Source: an uncultured Pseudomonadota bacterium
GTDB taxonomy: Bacteria; Pseudomonadota; Alphaproteobacteria; Micropepsales; Micropepsaceae
DNA: 64,000 nt
Direction: 5' to 3'
NCBI GenBank assembly: GCA_942492805.1
Contig: OW818643.1
Span: forward strand, 1,072,715 to 1,136,714
A model generated the notes under the pieces. It saw nothing but the letters and a program-made list of their open reading frames with translations, was not told where the DNA came from and searched no databases. Position numbers and translations under genes: made by a program. Positions 54,512 to 64,000 of this stretch are shown one piece after another. Every line of letters starts with the position of its first letter. Position 1 is the stretch's first letter.

Positions 54512-57500
54512 GTTATGCCGAACTGGCCGTCACCACCAACTTCTCTTTCCTGCGCGGCGCGTCCCACCCCAAGGACTTTGTCGAGCAGGCGGCGGCGCTG
54601 GACTATGCCGCCATCGGCATCGCAGATCGCAACACGCTGGCGGGCGTGGTGCGCGCCTATGAGAAATGGAGGAAGCTGGAAAATCCGCCGCGCCTTCTCA
54701 TTGGAACGCGGCTGGTGTTCCGCGACGGCACACCGGACATCCTGGCCTATCCGAAGGATCGCAAGGCCTATGGCTGGCTCTGCCGCCTGCTGTCTGTCGG
54801 CAAGCTGCGCGCCCGCAAAGGCGAATGCCTGCTCGATCTGGCCGACCTGCTGGCGAACCGCCGCGGCCTTCTGCTGATCGTGATGCCGCCCGCCGATCCC
54901 AAGGCCGCCATCCCGGTCCTGCAGGCCTTGCGGCACGAGGTCTGGCTTGCCGCGTCGATGCTGTACACCGGTGAAGACCGTCGCCGGCTGAATGCCCTGA
55001 AACGCGTGGCGCGGCAGGCCCGCGTCCCGCTGATCGCCGTCAACGACGCGCTGTACCACCAGCCCGAACAGCGCGAGTTGCAGGACGTGCTGACCTGCAT
55101 CCGTGAACATGTGACCCTGAAAGAAGCCGGTACGCGGCTTCAGGCCAATGCCGAGCGTCACCTGAAAGACCCTGGCGAGATGGCGCGGCTGTTCCACGCC
55201 CATCCCGAAGCGGTGGAAGAAACGCTGCACTTTGCCGCCAGGATCACCTTCACGCTGGATCATCTGGGCCAGCGCTATCCGCGCGAACCGGTGCCGCGCG
55301 GCAAAAGTGCCGACCAGCATCTGCGCGAACTGACCGAGGCGGGCCTGGGCTGGCGCTATCCGGATGGCGTGCCGGATTTCGTCACGGAGCTGGCGGAAAA
55401 GGAACTGGCCTTCATCGCCAACGGCCATATCGCCCACTATTTCCTGACCGTCTATGACATCGTCAAGTTCGCGCGCAGCCAGGGCATCCTGTGCCAGGGG
55501 CGCGGCAGCGCCGCCAATTCGGTGGTGTGTTACGCGATGGGCGTCACCGCGGTCGATCCCACCAAGATCGATGTGCTGTTCGAACGCTTCCTCAATCCCG
55601 AGCGCCGCGAACCGCCCGACATCGACGTGGATTTCGAGCATGAGCGGCGCGAGGAAGTCATCCAGTATATCTACAAGCGCTACGGCCATCGCCGCGCCGC
55701 CCTGACCGCCACCGTGATCCATTACCGCCCGCGCAGCGCCATCCGCGAAGTCGGCAAGGTGTTCGGCCTCACCGAGGATGTCACCGGCAAGCTGGCCGAC
55801 ACGGTATGGGGCCATCATGGCGACGATCTGAAAAAACATCAGGTCATCCAGGGCGAATGCGATCCGGACAATGCGGCGGTGATGCGCGCCGTGCATTTCG
55901 CCAAACAGATCATGGGCTTTCCCCGCCATCTCTCCCAGCATGTCGGGGGCTTTGTGCTGGCCCGCTACAAGCTGGACTGGACCGTGCCCATCGGCCCCGC
56001 CGCGATGGACGACCGCTATTTCATCGAATGGGACAAGGACGATCTCGACACGCTGGCGATCATGAAGGTGGATGTGCTGGCGCTGGGGATGCTGACCTGC
56101 ATCCGCAAGGCCTTCGACCTGATCCACGCCCATGAGTCGGGCCGCAATCCCAAGCTGACGCTTGCCACCCTGCCCGCCGAAGACCCGCGGGTTTACGACA
56201 TGCTGTGCCGGGCGGACGCCATCGGCGTGTTCCAGGTGGAAAGCCGCGCCCAGATGAACATGCTGCCGCGCCTGAGGCCCCGCGAATTCTATGATCTTGT
56301 GGTGGAAGTGGCGATCGTGCGCCCCGGCCCGATCCAGGGCGGCATGGTGCATCCCTATCTCAAGCGCCGCGCCAACCCGTCCCTGATCAAGTTCCCCTCG
56401 CCCCATCCCGACCACGGTCCGCCCGACGAACTGTATGAACTGCTGAAGAAGACCAAGGGCGTGCCGCTGTTCCAGGAACAGGCGATGCGCCTGGCCATCG
56501 TCGCCGCCAAATTCAGCGCCGATGAAGCCAACGGCCTGCGCCGCGCCATGGCCACCTTCCGCCATGTCGGCACCATCGGCACGTTCCAGGAAAAATTCGT
56601 CAGCCGCATGGTGGCACGCGGCTATGACCGCGATTTCGTCGAATCCTGCTTCGAGCAGATCAAGGGCTTCGGCAGCTATGGCTTTCCGGAAAGCCATGCC
56701 GCCAGCTTCGCGCTGCTGGTCTATGTCTCGGCCTGGCTGAAATGCCATCACCCGGCGGCCTTCGCCGCGGCGCTGCTCAATTCCCAGCCCATGGGGTTTT
56801 ACGCCCCGGCCGAGATCGTGCGCTGCGCCCGCGACAACGGCAAAGTGACGGTGCTGGCGCCCGATGCCGCCTTCAGCGACTGGGATTGCACTTTAGAGCG
56901 CAATGAAAAAGGCGATCTCTGCCTTCGGCTGGGCCTGCGCCAGATCGACGGCCTGCGCGAGGCGGATGCGCACGCCATCATGCACAATCGCGGCTATGGC
57001 TATCCCGGTTTCGCCGCCTTCACCCGGCGCACCGGCCTGTCCCGCCGCGCGCTGGTGACCCTGGCGGAAGCCGACGGCTTTCGCGGTTTCGGCTTTGACC
57101 GCCGCGAGGGGTTGTGGGCGGTGCGCCGGCTGCCCGACGATGACGCCTTGCCGCTGTTCGCGACCCGTGCCGCGCCGGAACTGGGCACCGAAACCATCGC
57201 ACCGCTGCCGGTGATGCCGCTGAGCGAACATGTGCTGGCCGATTACCAGACCACGCGGCTGTCGCTGAAAGGCTATCCCACCCAGTTCCTGCGCCCCGGC
57301 TTTGATGCCGAAGGCATTACCCGTTGTGCGGGCGTGGGCGATCTGCCCGACGGCGCCCCGGTGCGCTGCGCCGGGGTGGTGCTGGTGCGCCAATGCCCGG
57401 GGGAAGGCACCACCGTCTTCATCACGCTGAGCGACGAGACCGGGGTGTGCAATGTGGTGATCTGGGAGCGCGTCTTTGCGCAGTTCCGCAAGGAGGTGAT

Positions 57501-57696
57501 GGGCGCGCGCCTCCTGCTGGCCCAAGGCGTGGTGCAGAAAAGCCCCGAAGGGGTGATCCACCTGATGGCCCATACGCTGATCGACCGCAGCCCGGACCTG
57601 CGCCTGCTGTCAGGCGAGGCATTGCCCGGCCAGCCCCCGGCCCACCGCCACCCGCGCAATGTGCGGGTGCTGCCACCCAGCCGCGATTTTCACTGA
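54508..57696 (+). CDS. dnaE2: Error-prone DNA polymerase DnaE2 (ImuC)
   Basis: MSYAELAVTTNFSFLRGASHP (PHP domain), PDIDVDFEHERREEVIQY, GVFQVESRAQM. About 1060 aa, typical of DnaE2 rather than DnaE1. Confidence 0.9.
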   Translation: MSYAELAVTTNFSFLRGASHPKDFVEQAAALDYAAIGIADRNTLAGVVRAYEKWRKLENPPRLLIGTRLVFRDGTPDILAYPKDRKAYGWLCRLLSVGKLRARKGECLLDLADLLANRRGLLLIVMPPADPKAAIPVLQALRHEVWLAASMLYTGEDRRRLNALKRVARQARVPLIAVNDALYHQPEQRELQDVLTCIREHVTLKEAGTRLQANAERHLKDPGEMARLFHAHPEAVEETLHFAARITFTLDHLGQRYPREPVPRGKSADQHLRELTEAGLGWRYPDGVPDFVTELAEKELAFIANGHIAHYFLTVYDIVKFARSQGILCQGRGSAANSVVCYAMGVTAVDPTKIDVLFERFLNPERREPPDIDVDFEHERREEVIQYIYKRYGHRRAALTATVIHYRPRSAIREVGKVFGLTEDVTGKLADTVWGHHGDDLKKHQVIQGECDPDNAAVMRAVHFAKQIMGFPRHLSQHVGGFVLARYKLDWTVPIGPAAMDDRYFIEWDKDDLDTLAIMKVDVLALGMLTCIRKAFDLIHAHESGRNPKLTLATLPAEDPRVYDMLCRADAIGVFQVESRAQMNMLPRLRPREFYDLVVEVAIVRPGPIQGGMVHPYLKRRANPSLIKFPSPHPDHGPPDELYELLKKTKGVPLFQEQAMRLAIVAAKFSADEANGLRRAMATFRHVGTIGTFQEKFVSRMVARGYDRDFVESCFEQIKGFGSYGFPESHAASFALLVYVSAWLKCHHPAAFAAALLNSQPMGFYAPAEIVRCARDNGKVTVLAPDAAFSDWDCTLERNEKGDLCLRLGLRQIDGLREADAHAIMHNRGYGYPGFAAFTRRTGLSRRALVTLAEADGFRGFGFDRREGLWAVRRLPDDDALPLFATRAAPELGTETIAPLPVMPLSEHVLADYQTTRLSLKGYPTQFLRPGFDAEGITRCAGVGDLPDGAPVRCAGVVLVRQCPGEGTTVFITLSDETGVCNVVIWERVFAQFRKEVMGARLLLAQGVVQKSPEGVIHLMAHTLIDRSPDLRLLSGEALPGQPPAHRHPRNVRVLPPSRDFH

Positions 57697-57735
57697 AATC
57701 GCGGGCACTCAATAACCGGCGATTTTCACTGAATT

Positions 57736-58092
57736 CTATTGCGACGTCCGCAAGGAGGGCGCCGCCGGACCGGTCACCCGCGTCACGTCCACCACGGGCT
57801 GGCGCAGATAACCCGCCGCCAGGCGCTGGCGCAGTTGTTCCTGGAAAGCCGGAAGAGCCACGCCCGCGGCCGGCAAGGCACCCAGAAGATCCATCCAGAC
57901 CGTGCCGTCGCTGCGCACCGGGTACAGGCCGCTCAGGGATTCCTCGCCCGCCACCCGGATCCAGACATTGTCGCCGGGCAGCAGCACCTCGGTGCGCGGC
58001 GGCGGAGGGGGCGGTTCGCCGCCGCCCCACAGGCTGCAGCCACCCAATGCAATCAGCAGCGCAAGAGCACAGGACCGGAGCGGCTTGATCAT
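57736..58092 (-). CDS. Small lipoprotein with a Poly_export (Wza N-terminal) domain only
   Basis: Lipobox ALGGC, a PPPPPP linker, then LLPGDNVWIRVAGEESLSGLYPVRSDGTVWMDLLGALPAAGVALPAFQEQLRQRLAAGYLRQPVVDV, which matches the PGD..I.V....LSG...V..DG.I..P..G.v.vaG.t......i...L pattern of OPX proteins. No SLBB or C-terminal helix region. Confidence 0.6.
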   Translation of the reverse strand: MIKPLRSCALALLIALGGCSLWGGGEPPPPPPRTEVLLPGDNVWIRVAGEESLSGLYPVRSDGTVWMDLLGALPAAGVALPAFQEQLRQRLAAGYLRQPVVDVTRVTGPAAPSLRTSQ

Positions 58093-58120
58093 GGGCCTTT
58101 TGATACAATGGCCCCTGACG

Positions 58121-58158
58121 GCTTGAAAGGGGCAGCTTGAAAGGGGGCGGCTTGAAAG
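58121..58158. repeat. Three tandem copies of GCTTGAAAG(G/A)GG with 14-15-bp period, in a divergent promoter region
   Basis: GCTTGAAAG occurs at 58121, 58135 and 58150, between the Wza-like gene (-) and the ykgJ-like gene (+). Confidence 0.6.
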
Positions 58159-58247
58159 AGGCGCGGCAACAAGCCGCCCATGGATCATCTGACCTTATAA
58201 GGCGTTCATGCTACTTACGAGGCTGCTAGTGATTCAGGCGGTACCCC

Positions 58248-58610
58248 TTGGGCCTTTATAATTGCGCGAAGTGTCCGGGCTATTGCTGCTCCTATCCCCT
58301 GATCCCGCTCAACAAGCGTGACGTGGAGCGGCTGGCCAAGCATTTCAAACTCACCTTCGAAGCCGCCCGCAAGAAGTTCACCAAGGTGGACGACGAAGCC
58401 AAATACGCCATGCGGCGCAAGCCCGATAAGCACTTCGGCAAGATCTGCCAGTTCTTCGATACCGAAGAGCGCCGCTGCACCATCTATACCGCCCGCCCCA
58501 CCATCTGCCGCGAATATCCCGGCGGCGGCTGCGGCTATTACGGGTTCCTGATGGCCGAGCGGAACAGCCAGGAAGACAAGGACCACGTCGCCTCCACCTG
58601 GAACGTCTAG
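58248..58610 (+). CDS. YkgJ-family cysteine-cluster protein (UPF0153, putative Zn/Fe-binding)
   Basis: TTG start. CAKCPGYCC .. C..F......C.IY..RP..CR.YP pattern. Confidence 0.75.
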   Translation: MGLYNCAKCPGYCCSYPLIPLNKRDVERLAKHFKLTFEAARKKFTKVDDEAKYAMRRKPDKHFGKICQFFDTEERRCTIYTARPTICREYPGGGCGYYGFLMAERNSQEDKDHVASTWNV

Positions 58611-58656
58611 ACGGTCCTTTGTGACAACCCGATTGCTGCACTGCACAGTCTTAAAC

Positions 58657-58680
58657 GCCTTGGCCTAAAGGCTTTTTTTT
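58657..58680 (+). terminator. Intrinsic terminator after the ykgJ-like gene
   Basis: GCCTT-ggccta-AAGGC followed by TTTTTTTT. Confidence 0.55.
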
Positions 58681-58860
58681 GCTCTAAAGGTTCCAACAAG
58701 AGCGGGGACCTGAAGGGGAAATCGGACGCTAGCGAAAGCCGAGACCGTCGGCTTCCCGTCCGCGCAAAAATCCCGGCACCTCGAATGAATGACAAGCGCC
58801 ACGCCTGAAAGCGTGGCTGGTGGGAAGCGGCGCGTCAGCGCCACGATACGGAGAAGAAAG

Positions 58861-60474
58861 ATGTTCAATCAGCTACTGACCCCGGTTGGCGACAGCCTGT
58901 TCCTGTCGTTCCTGGTCGCAACCATCCCGATCATCGTGGTGCTGGTGATGCTGGGCGTGCTTCGCCGTCCCGCCTGGCAGGCCTCGCTGGCCGGCCTGGC
59001 CGCGGCGCTGGTCATTGCGATCGGCGTCTGGCAGATGCCCGTCCATCTTGCTGCTTCCAGCACCGCCGCGGGCGTCGCCTTCGCGCTGTGGCCGATCATG
59101 TGGATCGTGTTCGCCGCCCTCATTCTCTACAACACCGCCGTCCTGTCGGGCCGGTTCGACGCCTTCCGGCGCTGGGTTCTGGACCATCTTCCCAACGACA
59201 AGCGCATCGTGCTGATCGTGATCGGCTACGGCTTCGGCTCGCTGCTGGAAGGCGTGTCGGGCTTCGGCGCCCCCGTCGCCATCACCGCATCGCTGCTGAT
59301 CATGCTGGGCTTCAAGCCCATCGACGCGGTGGTCTATGCCCTGATCTTCAACACTGCCCCGGTGGCCTTCGGCTCGCTGGGCATCCCGATCACCACGCTG
59401 GCCGGCGTCACCGACCTTCCCGCCCAGACCCTGGGCGCGATGGTGGGCCGCCAACTGCCCTTCTTCGCCCTGCTGCTGCCCTTCTATGTCATCGCCATGT
59501 TCGGCGGCATGCGGTCGGTCAAGGCGCTGTGGCCGGTCATCCTGGTGGCCGGCGGCGCCTTCGCCATCGGCCAGTTCGTCTCCGCCAACTATATGAGCTA
59601 CGAACTGACCGACGTGATCTCGGCGGGCTCTTCGCTGGTCGCCACCGTGCTATTCCTGCGCGTATGGCAGCCGGCGCCCGATCCGGAATTCCAGCTGGTG
59701 GTTCCGGCGGAAGATCCCAACTCGGTCCATCGCCACATTCCGGCATGGCAGGGCTGGCTGCCCTGGCTGATCATGATCGCCGTGGTGATGGTCTGGACCC
59801 ACTTCAAGGTCGCGACCTTCTTCGCCCAGCCGATCCAGTGGCCGGGCCTGCACAACCAGGTCTTCATCACCCTGTATGACCGCCCCTATGCGGCGATCTG
59901 GAACTGGCAGCCCTTCGCCACCGGCACCGCCGTCTTCGTGACGGCGATCCTGACGGCGCTGGCGACAGGCGTGGGCATCTCCAAGTTCCTGGGTGCCATC
60001 ACCACGTCCTTCAAGCAGATCCTGCTGCCGGCGCTGACGGTGACCACGATCGTGGGCCTGGCCTATCTGATGAACTATTCCGGCCTCACCTACACGCTGG
60101 GCCAGGCGGTCGCCAAGACGGGCATCTTCTTCCCGCTGCTGTCGGCTTTCCTGGGCTGGGTCGCGGTGTTCCTGTCGGGCAGCGACTCCTCAGGCAACGC
60201 CCTGTTCGGCAACCTGCAGGTCGTGGCGGCCAACCAGTCGGTACCGCCCCTCAGCCCCGTGCTGATGGCGGCCACCAACTCGTCGGGCGGCTGCTTCGCC
60301 AAGATGATCTCGCCGCAGAATATCGCGACGGGCGTGGCGATCAGCGGATTGCAGGGCCAGGAGTCCAGCATCTTCCGGCGCACCTTCATCCACTCCCTCG
60401 TCTTCACGGCGATGCTGAGCATCCTGGTCTGGCTGCAGCAGTTCGTGTTCCCCTGGATGATCCCGCCGCACTAG
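58861..60474 (+). CDS. lctP: L-lactate permease (LctP/LldP family)
   Basis: GGAGAAG precedes ATG 58861. MFNQLLTPVGDSLFLSFLVATIPIIVVLVMLG.., WPIMWIVFAALILYN, GFGSLLEGVSGFGAPVAI. About 537 aa. Confidence 0.85.
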   Translation: MFNQLLTPVGDSLFLSFLVATIPIIVVLVMLGVLRRPAWQASLAGLAAALVIAIGVWQMPVHLAASSTAAGVAFALWPIMWIVFAALILYNTAVLSGRFDAFRRWVLDHLPNDKRIVLIVIGYGFGSLLEGVSGFGAPVAITASLLIMLGFKPIDAVVYALIFNTAPVAFGSLGIPITTLAGVTDLPAQTLGAMVGRQLPFFALLLPFYVIAMFGGMRSVKALWPVILVAGGAFAIGQFVSANYMSYELTDVISAGSSLVATVLFLRVWQPAPDPEFQLVVPAEDPNSVHRHIPAWQGWLPWLIMIAVVMVWTHFKVATFFAQPIQWPGLHNQVFITLYDRPYAAIWNWQPFATGTAVFVTAILTALATGVGISKFLGAITTSFKQILLPALTVTTIVGLAYLMNYSGLTYTLGQAVAKTGIFFPLLSAFLGWVAVFLSGSDSSGNALFGNLQVVAANQSVPPLSPVLMAATNSSGGCFAKMISPQNIATGVAISGLQGQESSIFRRTFIHSLVFTAMLSILVWLQQFVFPWMIPPH

Positions 60475-60500
60475 TCACGTCGGCGGGCGATTTGCCTCAT

Positions 60501-60537
60501 AAAAAGGCCGGGCCGAAGGGTCCGGCCTTTTCATTTT
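60501..60537 (+). terminator. Intrinsic terminator after the lactate permease gene
   Basis: AAAAAGGCCGG-gccgaagggt-CCGGCCTTTTCATTTT. Confidence 0.7.
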
Positions 60538-60593
60538 GACCCTGTGGCTGGCTCGTCTTAGGCTGGGGCAACCCCTAAAAAAAGAAGAGCGTC

Positions 60594-62729
60594 ATGGTGG
60601 AGAGAGTTTCGGTTCACGGCCTGCAGGTCGCGCGCGAATTGCACGATTTTGTCACCGGGCAGGCCCTGCCCGGCACCGGCCTGGAGCCCGAAAAGTTCTG
60701 GTCCGGCTTCGCCGCCCTGGCGGCGGCACTGATGCCGCAGAACCGCGCCCTTCTGGCGCACCGCGACAAGTTGCAGGCGGCGATCGATGCCTGGCACAGG
60801 GAAAATCCCGAACGCCCCATCGACCCACTCGACTACACCGCCTTCCTGCGGGAGATCGGCTATCTGGTGCCCGAAGGCACCGATTTCCAGATCGGCACCC
60901 AGAATGTCGATCCGGAAATCGCCACCATGGCCGGGCCGCAGCTGGTGGTGCCGCTGACCAATGCCCGCTTCGCGCTCAACGCAGTGAACGCGCGCTGGGG
61001 CAGCCTGTATGACGCGCTCTACGGCACCGATGCCATTTCCCAGGACGGCGATCTGGCGCCGGGCAAAGGCTACAACCAGAAGCGCGGCGACAGGGTTATC
61101 GCCTTCGCCCGCGACTTTCTCGACCAATCGGTGCCGCTGTCCGTCGGTTCGTGGAAAGAGGTTTCCGGGCTTGCGATCCAGCACGGCAAGCTGGCGCCGG
61201 CCCTCAGGGACCCGTCCCAGCTCAAGGGTTACGTCGGCGACGCCGCCGCGCCCAGCCTGATCCTGCTGGAACAGAACGGGCTGCACATCGAAATCCATCT
61301 CGACGGCTCCACCCCCATCGGCAAGACCGACAAGGCCGGCATCAGCGACGTGGTGCTGGAAGCGGCCCTCACCACCATCATGGACTGCGAGGACTCCATC
61401 GCCGCGGTGGATGCGGCCGACAAGGTCGCCGCCTACAGCAACTGGCTGGGCCTGATGAACGCCAGCCTGACCGCCAAGTTCGAAAAGGGCGGCAAGGTGA
61501 TGGAGCGCGCCGCCAATCCCGACCGCGATTACACCGCCCCCGATGGCAGCAAGCTGACGCTGCCGGGGCGCAGCCTGCTCTTCATCCGCAATGTCGGTCA
61601 CCTGATGACCAGCGACGCTATTCTTCTGCCGGACGGCAGCGAGATCGGCGAAGGGCTGATGGACGGGGTGATCACCAGCCTCATCTCGCTGCACGACATC
61701 AAGGGCAAGCGCCGCAACAGCCGCTCCGGCTCGATCTATATCGTCAAGCCCAAGATGCACGGCCCCGAGGAAGTCGCCTTCACCAACACGTTGTTTGATG
61801 GGATCGAAGACATCCTCGGCCTCGCCCGCCACACCATCAAGATGGGCGTGATGGACGAGGAACGCCGCACCAGCACCAACCTGAAAGAGTGCATCCGGGC
61901 TGCCAGGGACCGCATCGTCTTCATCAACACCGGCTTCCTCGACCGCACCGGCGACGAAATGCACACTTCAATGTTCGCTGGCCCGATGGTCAGGAAAGGC
62001 GAGATGAAGACGTCGAAATGGCTGTCGGCTTACGAAGACCAGAATGTCGATATCGGCCTGGCCTGCGGCTTCCAGGGCAAGGCGCAGATCGGCAAGGGCA
62101 TGTGGGCGATGCCCGACAAGATGGCAGACATGCTGGCGGCCAAGATCGGCCACCCCAAATCAGGCGCGTCCTGCGCCTGGGTGCCCTCGCCCACCGCCGC
62201 CACGCTGCACGCGCTGCACTATCATCAGGTCAGCGTGACGGCGCGGCAGGACGAACTGAAATCGCGCCCGCGCGCCAAGCTGGCCGACATCCTCACCATC
62301 CCATTGGCCGACCGCCCCAACTGGTCACCCGACGAGGTGAAGCAGGAGCTAGATAACAACGCGCAAGGCATCCTGGGCTATGTCGTGCGCTGGGTGGACC
62401 AGGGCGTGGGCTGTTCCAAGGTGCCGGACATTCACAATGTCGGCCTGATGGAAGACCGCGCGACGTTACGCATCTCCAGCCAGCATATCGCCAACTGGCT
62501 GCAGCACGGCATCGCCACCGAGGCGCAGGTGATGGAAAGCCTCAGGCGCATGGCCGGCGTGGTGGACAAGCAGAATGCGGGCGATCCGCTGTATCAGCCC
62601 ATGGCGCCCGGCTATGACGGCATCGCCTTCAAGGCGGCCTGCGACCTTGTGTTCAAGGGCAAGGAGCAGCCGTCCGGCTACACCGAACCGCTGCTGCACC
62701 AGGCGCGGCGCGATTTGAAAAAAAACTAG
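60594..62729 (+). CDS. glcB: Malate synthase G
   Basis: 711 aa. Matches the MSG pattern ([64 protein letters not shown]). Confidence 0.9.
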   Translation: MVERVSVHGLQVARELHDFVTGQALPGTGLEPEKFWSGFAALAAALMPQNRALLAHRDKLQAAIDAWHRENPERPIDPLDYTAFLREIGYLVPEGTDFQIGTQNVDPEIATMAGPQLVVPLTNARFALNAVNARWGSLYDALYGTDAISQDGDLAPGKGYNQKRGDRVIAFARDFLDQSVPLSVGSWKEVSGLAIQHGKLAPALRDPSQLKGYVGDAAAPSLILLEQNGLHIEIHLDGSTPIGKTDKAGISDVVLEAALTTIMDCEDSIAAVDAADKVAAYSNWLGLMNASLTAKFEKGGKVMERAANPDRDYTAPDGSKLTLPGRSLLFIRNVGHLMTSDAILLPDGSEIGEGLMDGVITSLISLHDIKGKRRNSRSGSIYIVKPKMHGPEEVAFTNTLFDGIEDILGLARHTIKMGVMDEERRTSTNLKECIRAARDRIVFINTGFLDRTGDEMHTSMFAGPMVRKGEMKTSKWLSAYEDQNVDIGLACGFQGKAQIGKGMWAMPDKMADMLAAKIGHPKSGASCAWVPSPTAATLHALHYHQVSVTARQDELKSRPRAKLADILTIPLADRPNWSPDEVKQELDNNAQGILGYVVRWVDQGVGCSKVPDIHNVGLMEDRATLRISSQHIANWLQHGIATEAQVMESLRRMAGVVDKQNAGDPLYQPMAPGYDGIAFKAACDLVFKGKEQPSGYTEPLLHQARRDLKKN

Positions 62730-62730
62730 A

Positions 62731-62757
62731 AAAAAGGCCCCTTTCGGGGCCTTTTTT
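62731..62757. terminator. Bidirectional intrinsic terminator between convergent glcB and leuB
   Basis: AAAAAGGCCCC-tttc-GGGGCCTTTTTT. The T-run overlaps the leuB stop. Confidence 0.75.
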
Positions 62758-63859
62758 ATTTCGACTTGTCCAGAGCCTTGAGGATCGCATCGGTCATCGC
62801 CGTGGTCCCGACCTTGTTCATGCCCGGCTGCATGATGTCGCCGGTGCGGTAACCGTCGGCCAGCACCGTATCGACCGCCTTTTCCAGCCGCGTCGCCTCA
62901 TCCTTCATGCCGAAGGAATAGCGCAGGCACATGGCGAAGGAGAGGATGGAGGCGATTGGGTTAGCCAGGCCCTGGCCGGCGATATCGGGCGCCGAACCAT
63001 GGATCGGTTCATACAGCGCCGACGGCAGGCCATTTTCTTTCTTGTCGCCCAGAGAGGCGCTCGGCAGCATGCCGATCGAGCCGGTCAGCTGCGCCGCTTC
63101 GTCCGACAGCACATCGCCGAACAGGTTGTCGGTCACCAGCACGTCGAACTGCTTGGGATTGCGCACCAGCTGCATCGCGGCATTGTCGGCCAGGATATGG
63201 TGCAGTTCCACATCGGCATAATCGCGCTTGTGCAGGGCGGTGATGACTTCCTTCCACAACACGCCGGTGACCATCACGTTCGACTTTTCGGCGCTGTGCA
63301 CCTTGTTGCCGCGCAGGCGGGCCATGTCGAAGGCGACGCGGCAGACCCGCTCGATTTCGCTGGTGGTGTAGACGCCGGTATCCACGGCGCGCTTCTCGCC
63401 GTTGGGCAGCGTGGTGGTTTCCTTGGGCTCGCCGAAATAGACGCCGCCCATCAGTTCGCGCACGATCAGGATATCGAGGCCGGCGACGATCTCCGGCTTC
63501 AGGGTCGAGGCATCCTTCAGCGCGTCAAAGCACAGCGCCGGGCGCAAGTTGGCGTACACGCCCATGTCCTTGCGCACGCGCAGCAGCCCGCGCTCGGCGC
63601 GCTTTTCGAACGGCAGGCCATCCCATTTGGGGCCGCCCACGGAGCCCATCAGCACCGCGTCGGCGGCAATCGCCTTGACGAAGGTCTCATCGGGATCGGG
63701 ACGGCCGGTGGCGTCGATCGCCGCGCCGCCCAACAGCGCTTCCTCGGTCTTGTAGGGAAGACCCTTCTGGCCGTACCAGCCGACCACGCGCATGGTGGCG
63801 TCCAGAACTTCGGGACCGATGCCGTCACCCGGCAGCAGAAGCAGCTTGTATTCGTTCAT
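62756..63859 (-). CDS. leuB: 3-isopropylmalate dehydrogenase
   Basis: [24 protein letters not shown]-like ([10 protein letters not shown]), [24 protein letters not shown]. Confidence 0.9.
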   Translation of the reverse strand: MNEYKLLLLPGDGIGPEVLDATMRVVGWYGQKGLPYKTEEALLGGAAIDATGRPDPDETFVKAIAADAVLMGSVGGPKWDGLPFEKRAERGLLRVRKDMGVYANLRPALCFDALKDASTLKPEIVAGLDILIVRELMGGVYFGEPKETTTLPNGEKRAVDTGVYTTSEIERVCRVAFDMARLRGNKVHSAEKSNVMVTGVLWKEVITALHKRDYADVELHHILADNAAMQLVRNPKQFDVLVTDNLFGDVLSDEAAQLTGSIGMLPSASLGDKKENGLPSALYEPIHGSAPDIAGQGLANPIASILSFAMCLRYSFGMKDEATRLEKAVDTVLADGYRTGDIMQPGMNKVGTTAMTDAILKALDKSK

Positions 63860-63921
63860 GATGTCCTCGGAAGTCTAGAAAGGCTTATACTTGGTCGCTC
63901 CGGCTTGCGCCGACGCTCCTG

Positions 63922-64000
63922 TCAGATCCAGGGAGTCTGGGTCTTCTGCTGCTGTTCAAAGGACGTGACCTTGTCCTCGTTGCGCAGGGTCAGGCCGATA
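63922..64000 (-). CDS. leuD: 3-isopropylmalate dehydratase small subunit; C-terminal 25 codons only, the gene continues beyond the right edge
   Basis: Reverse translation gives ..IGLTLRNEDKVTSFEQQQKTQTPWI*. This resembles the LeuD C-terminus (..IGLTL....I..YE......), and the gene sits immediately upstream of leuB. Confidence 0.6.
   Translation of the reverse strand, partial: IGLTLRNEDKVTSFEQQQKTQTPWI

Noticed and set aside
58100-58130. Possible sigma-54 promoter (TGGCCC..GGCTTG) upstream of the ykgJ-like gene
   Set aside because: The GG-to-GC spacing is 9 nt instead of 10, and the -12 element does not match TTGCW.

Overview
High-GC (roughly 65 %) chromosomal segment. Gene content and the SOS box type (GAAC-N7-GAAC) point to an alphaproteobacterium; I cannot assign a genus from sequence alone. 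About 45 protein genes are supportable, and almost every long ORF on the opposite strand is an Arg/Gly/His-rich antisense shadow typical of high-GC DNA. Gene order: recQ (partial) | galM, GH51 arabinofuranosidase, opgH <> opgG/D-family gene | a 660-bp lower-GC structured intergenic region with an orphan minus-strand terminator | COG2509-type FAD protein | sulfate-uptake operon (Rrf2 regulator, OprO/P-type porin, sbp, cysT, cysW, short cysA) | RND permease + adaptor | FKBP lipoprotein | TonB-dependent receptor | SDR | mlaA | mdtA-mdtB-mdtC-like tripartite RND operon | dedA | a ~10.7-kb Wzx-type exopolysaccharide locus | gltD-gltB | imuA-imuB-dnaE2 SOS mutagenesis cassette with a LexA box | small Wza-like lipoprotein | ykgJ-family Cys-cluster protein | L-lactate permease | malate synthase G | leuB, leuD (partial). 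I saw no rRNA, tRNA, CRISPR array, transposase, integrase, phage genes or recognisable defence genes. I found no convincing evidence for a wholly new multi-gene system. The best candidates for a second look are: (1) the EPS locus, which carries a GH10 hydrolase, a divergent flavoprotein/ATP-grasp pair and a pseudo-kinase co-polymerase; (2) the orphan structured RNA-like region at 8.4-8.9 kb; (3) a ~115-bp multi-hairpin REP-like repeat family with compensatory stem changes; (4) a coding-like out-of-frame segment upstream of opgH; (5) a Cys-rich C-terminal extension on the MdtA-like adaptor. All family assignments rest on motif recognition by eye. Start codons are best guesses.
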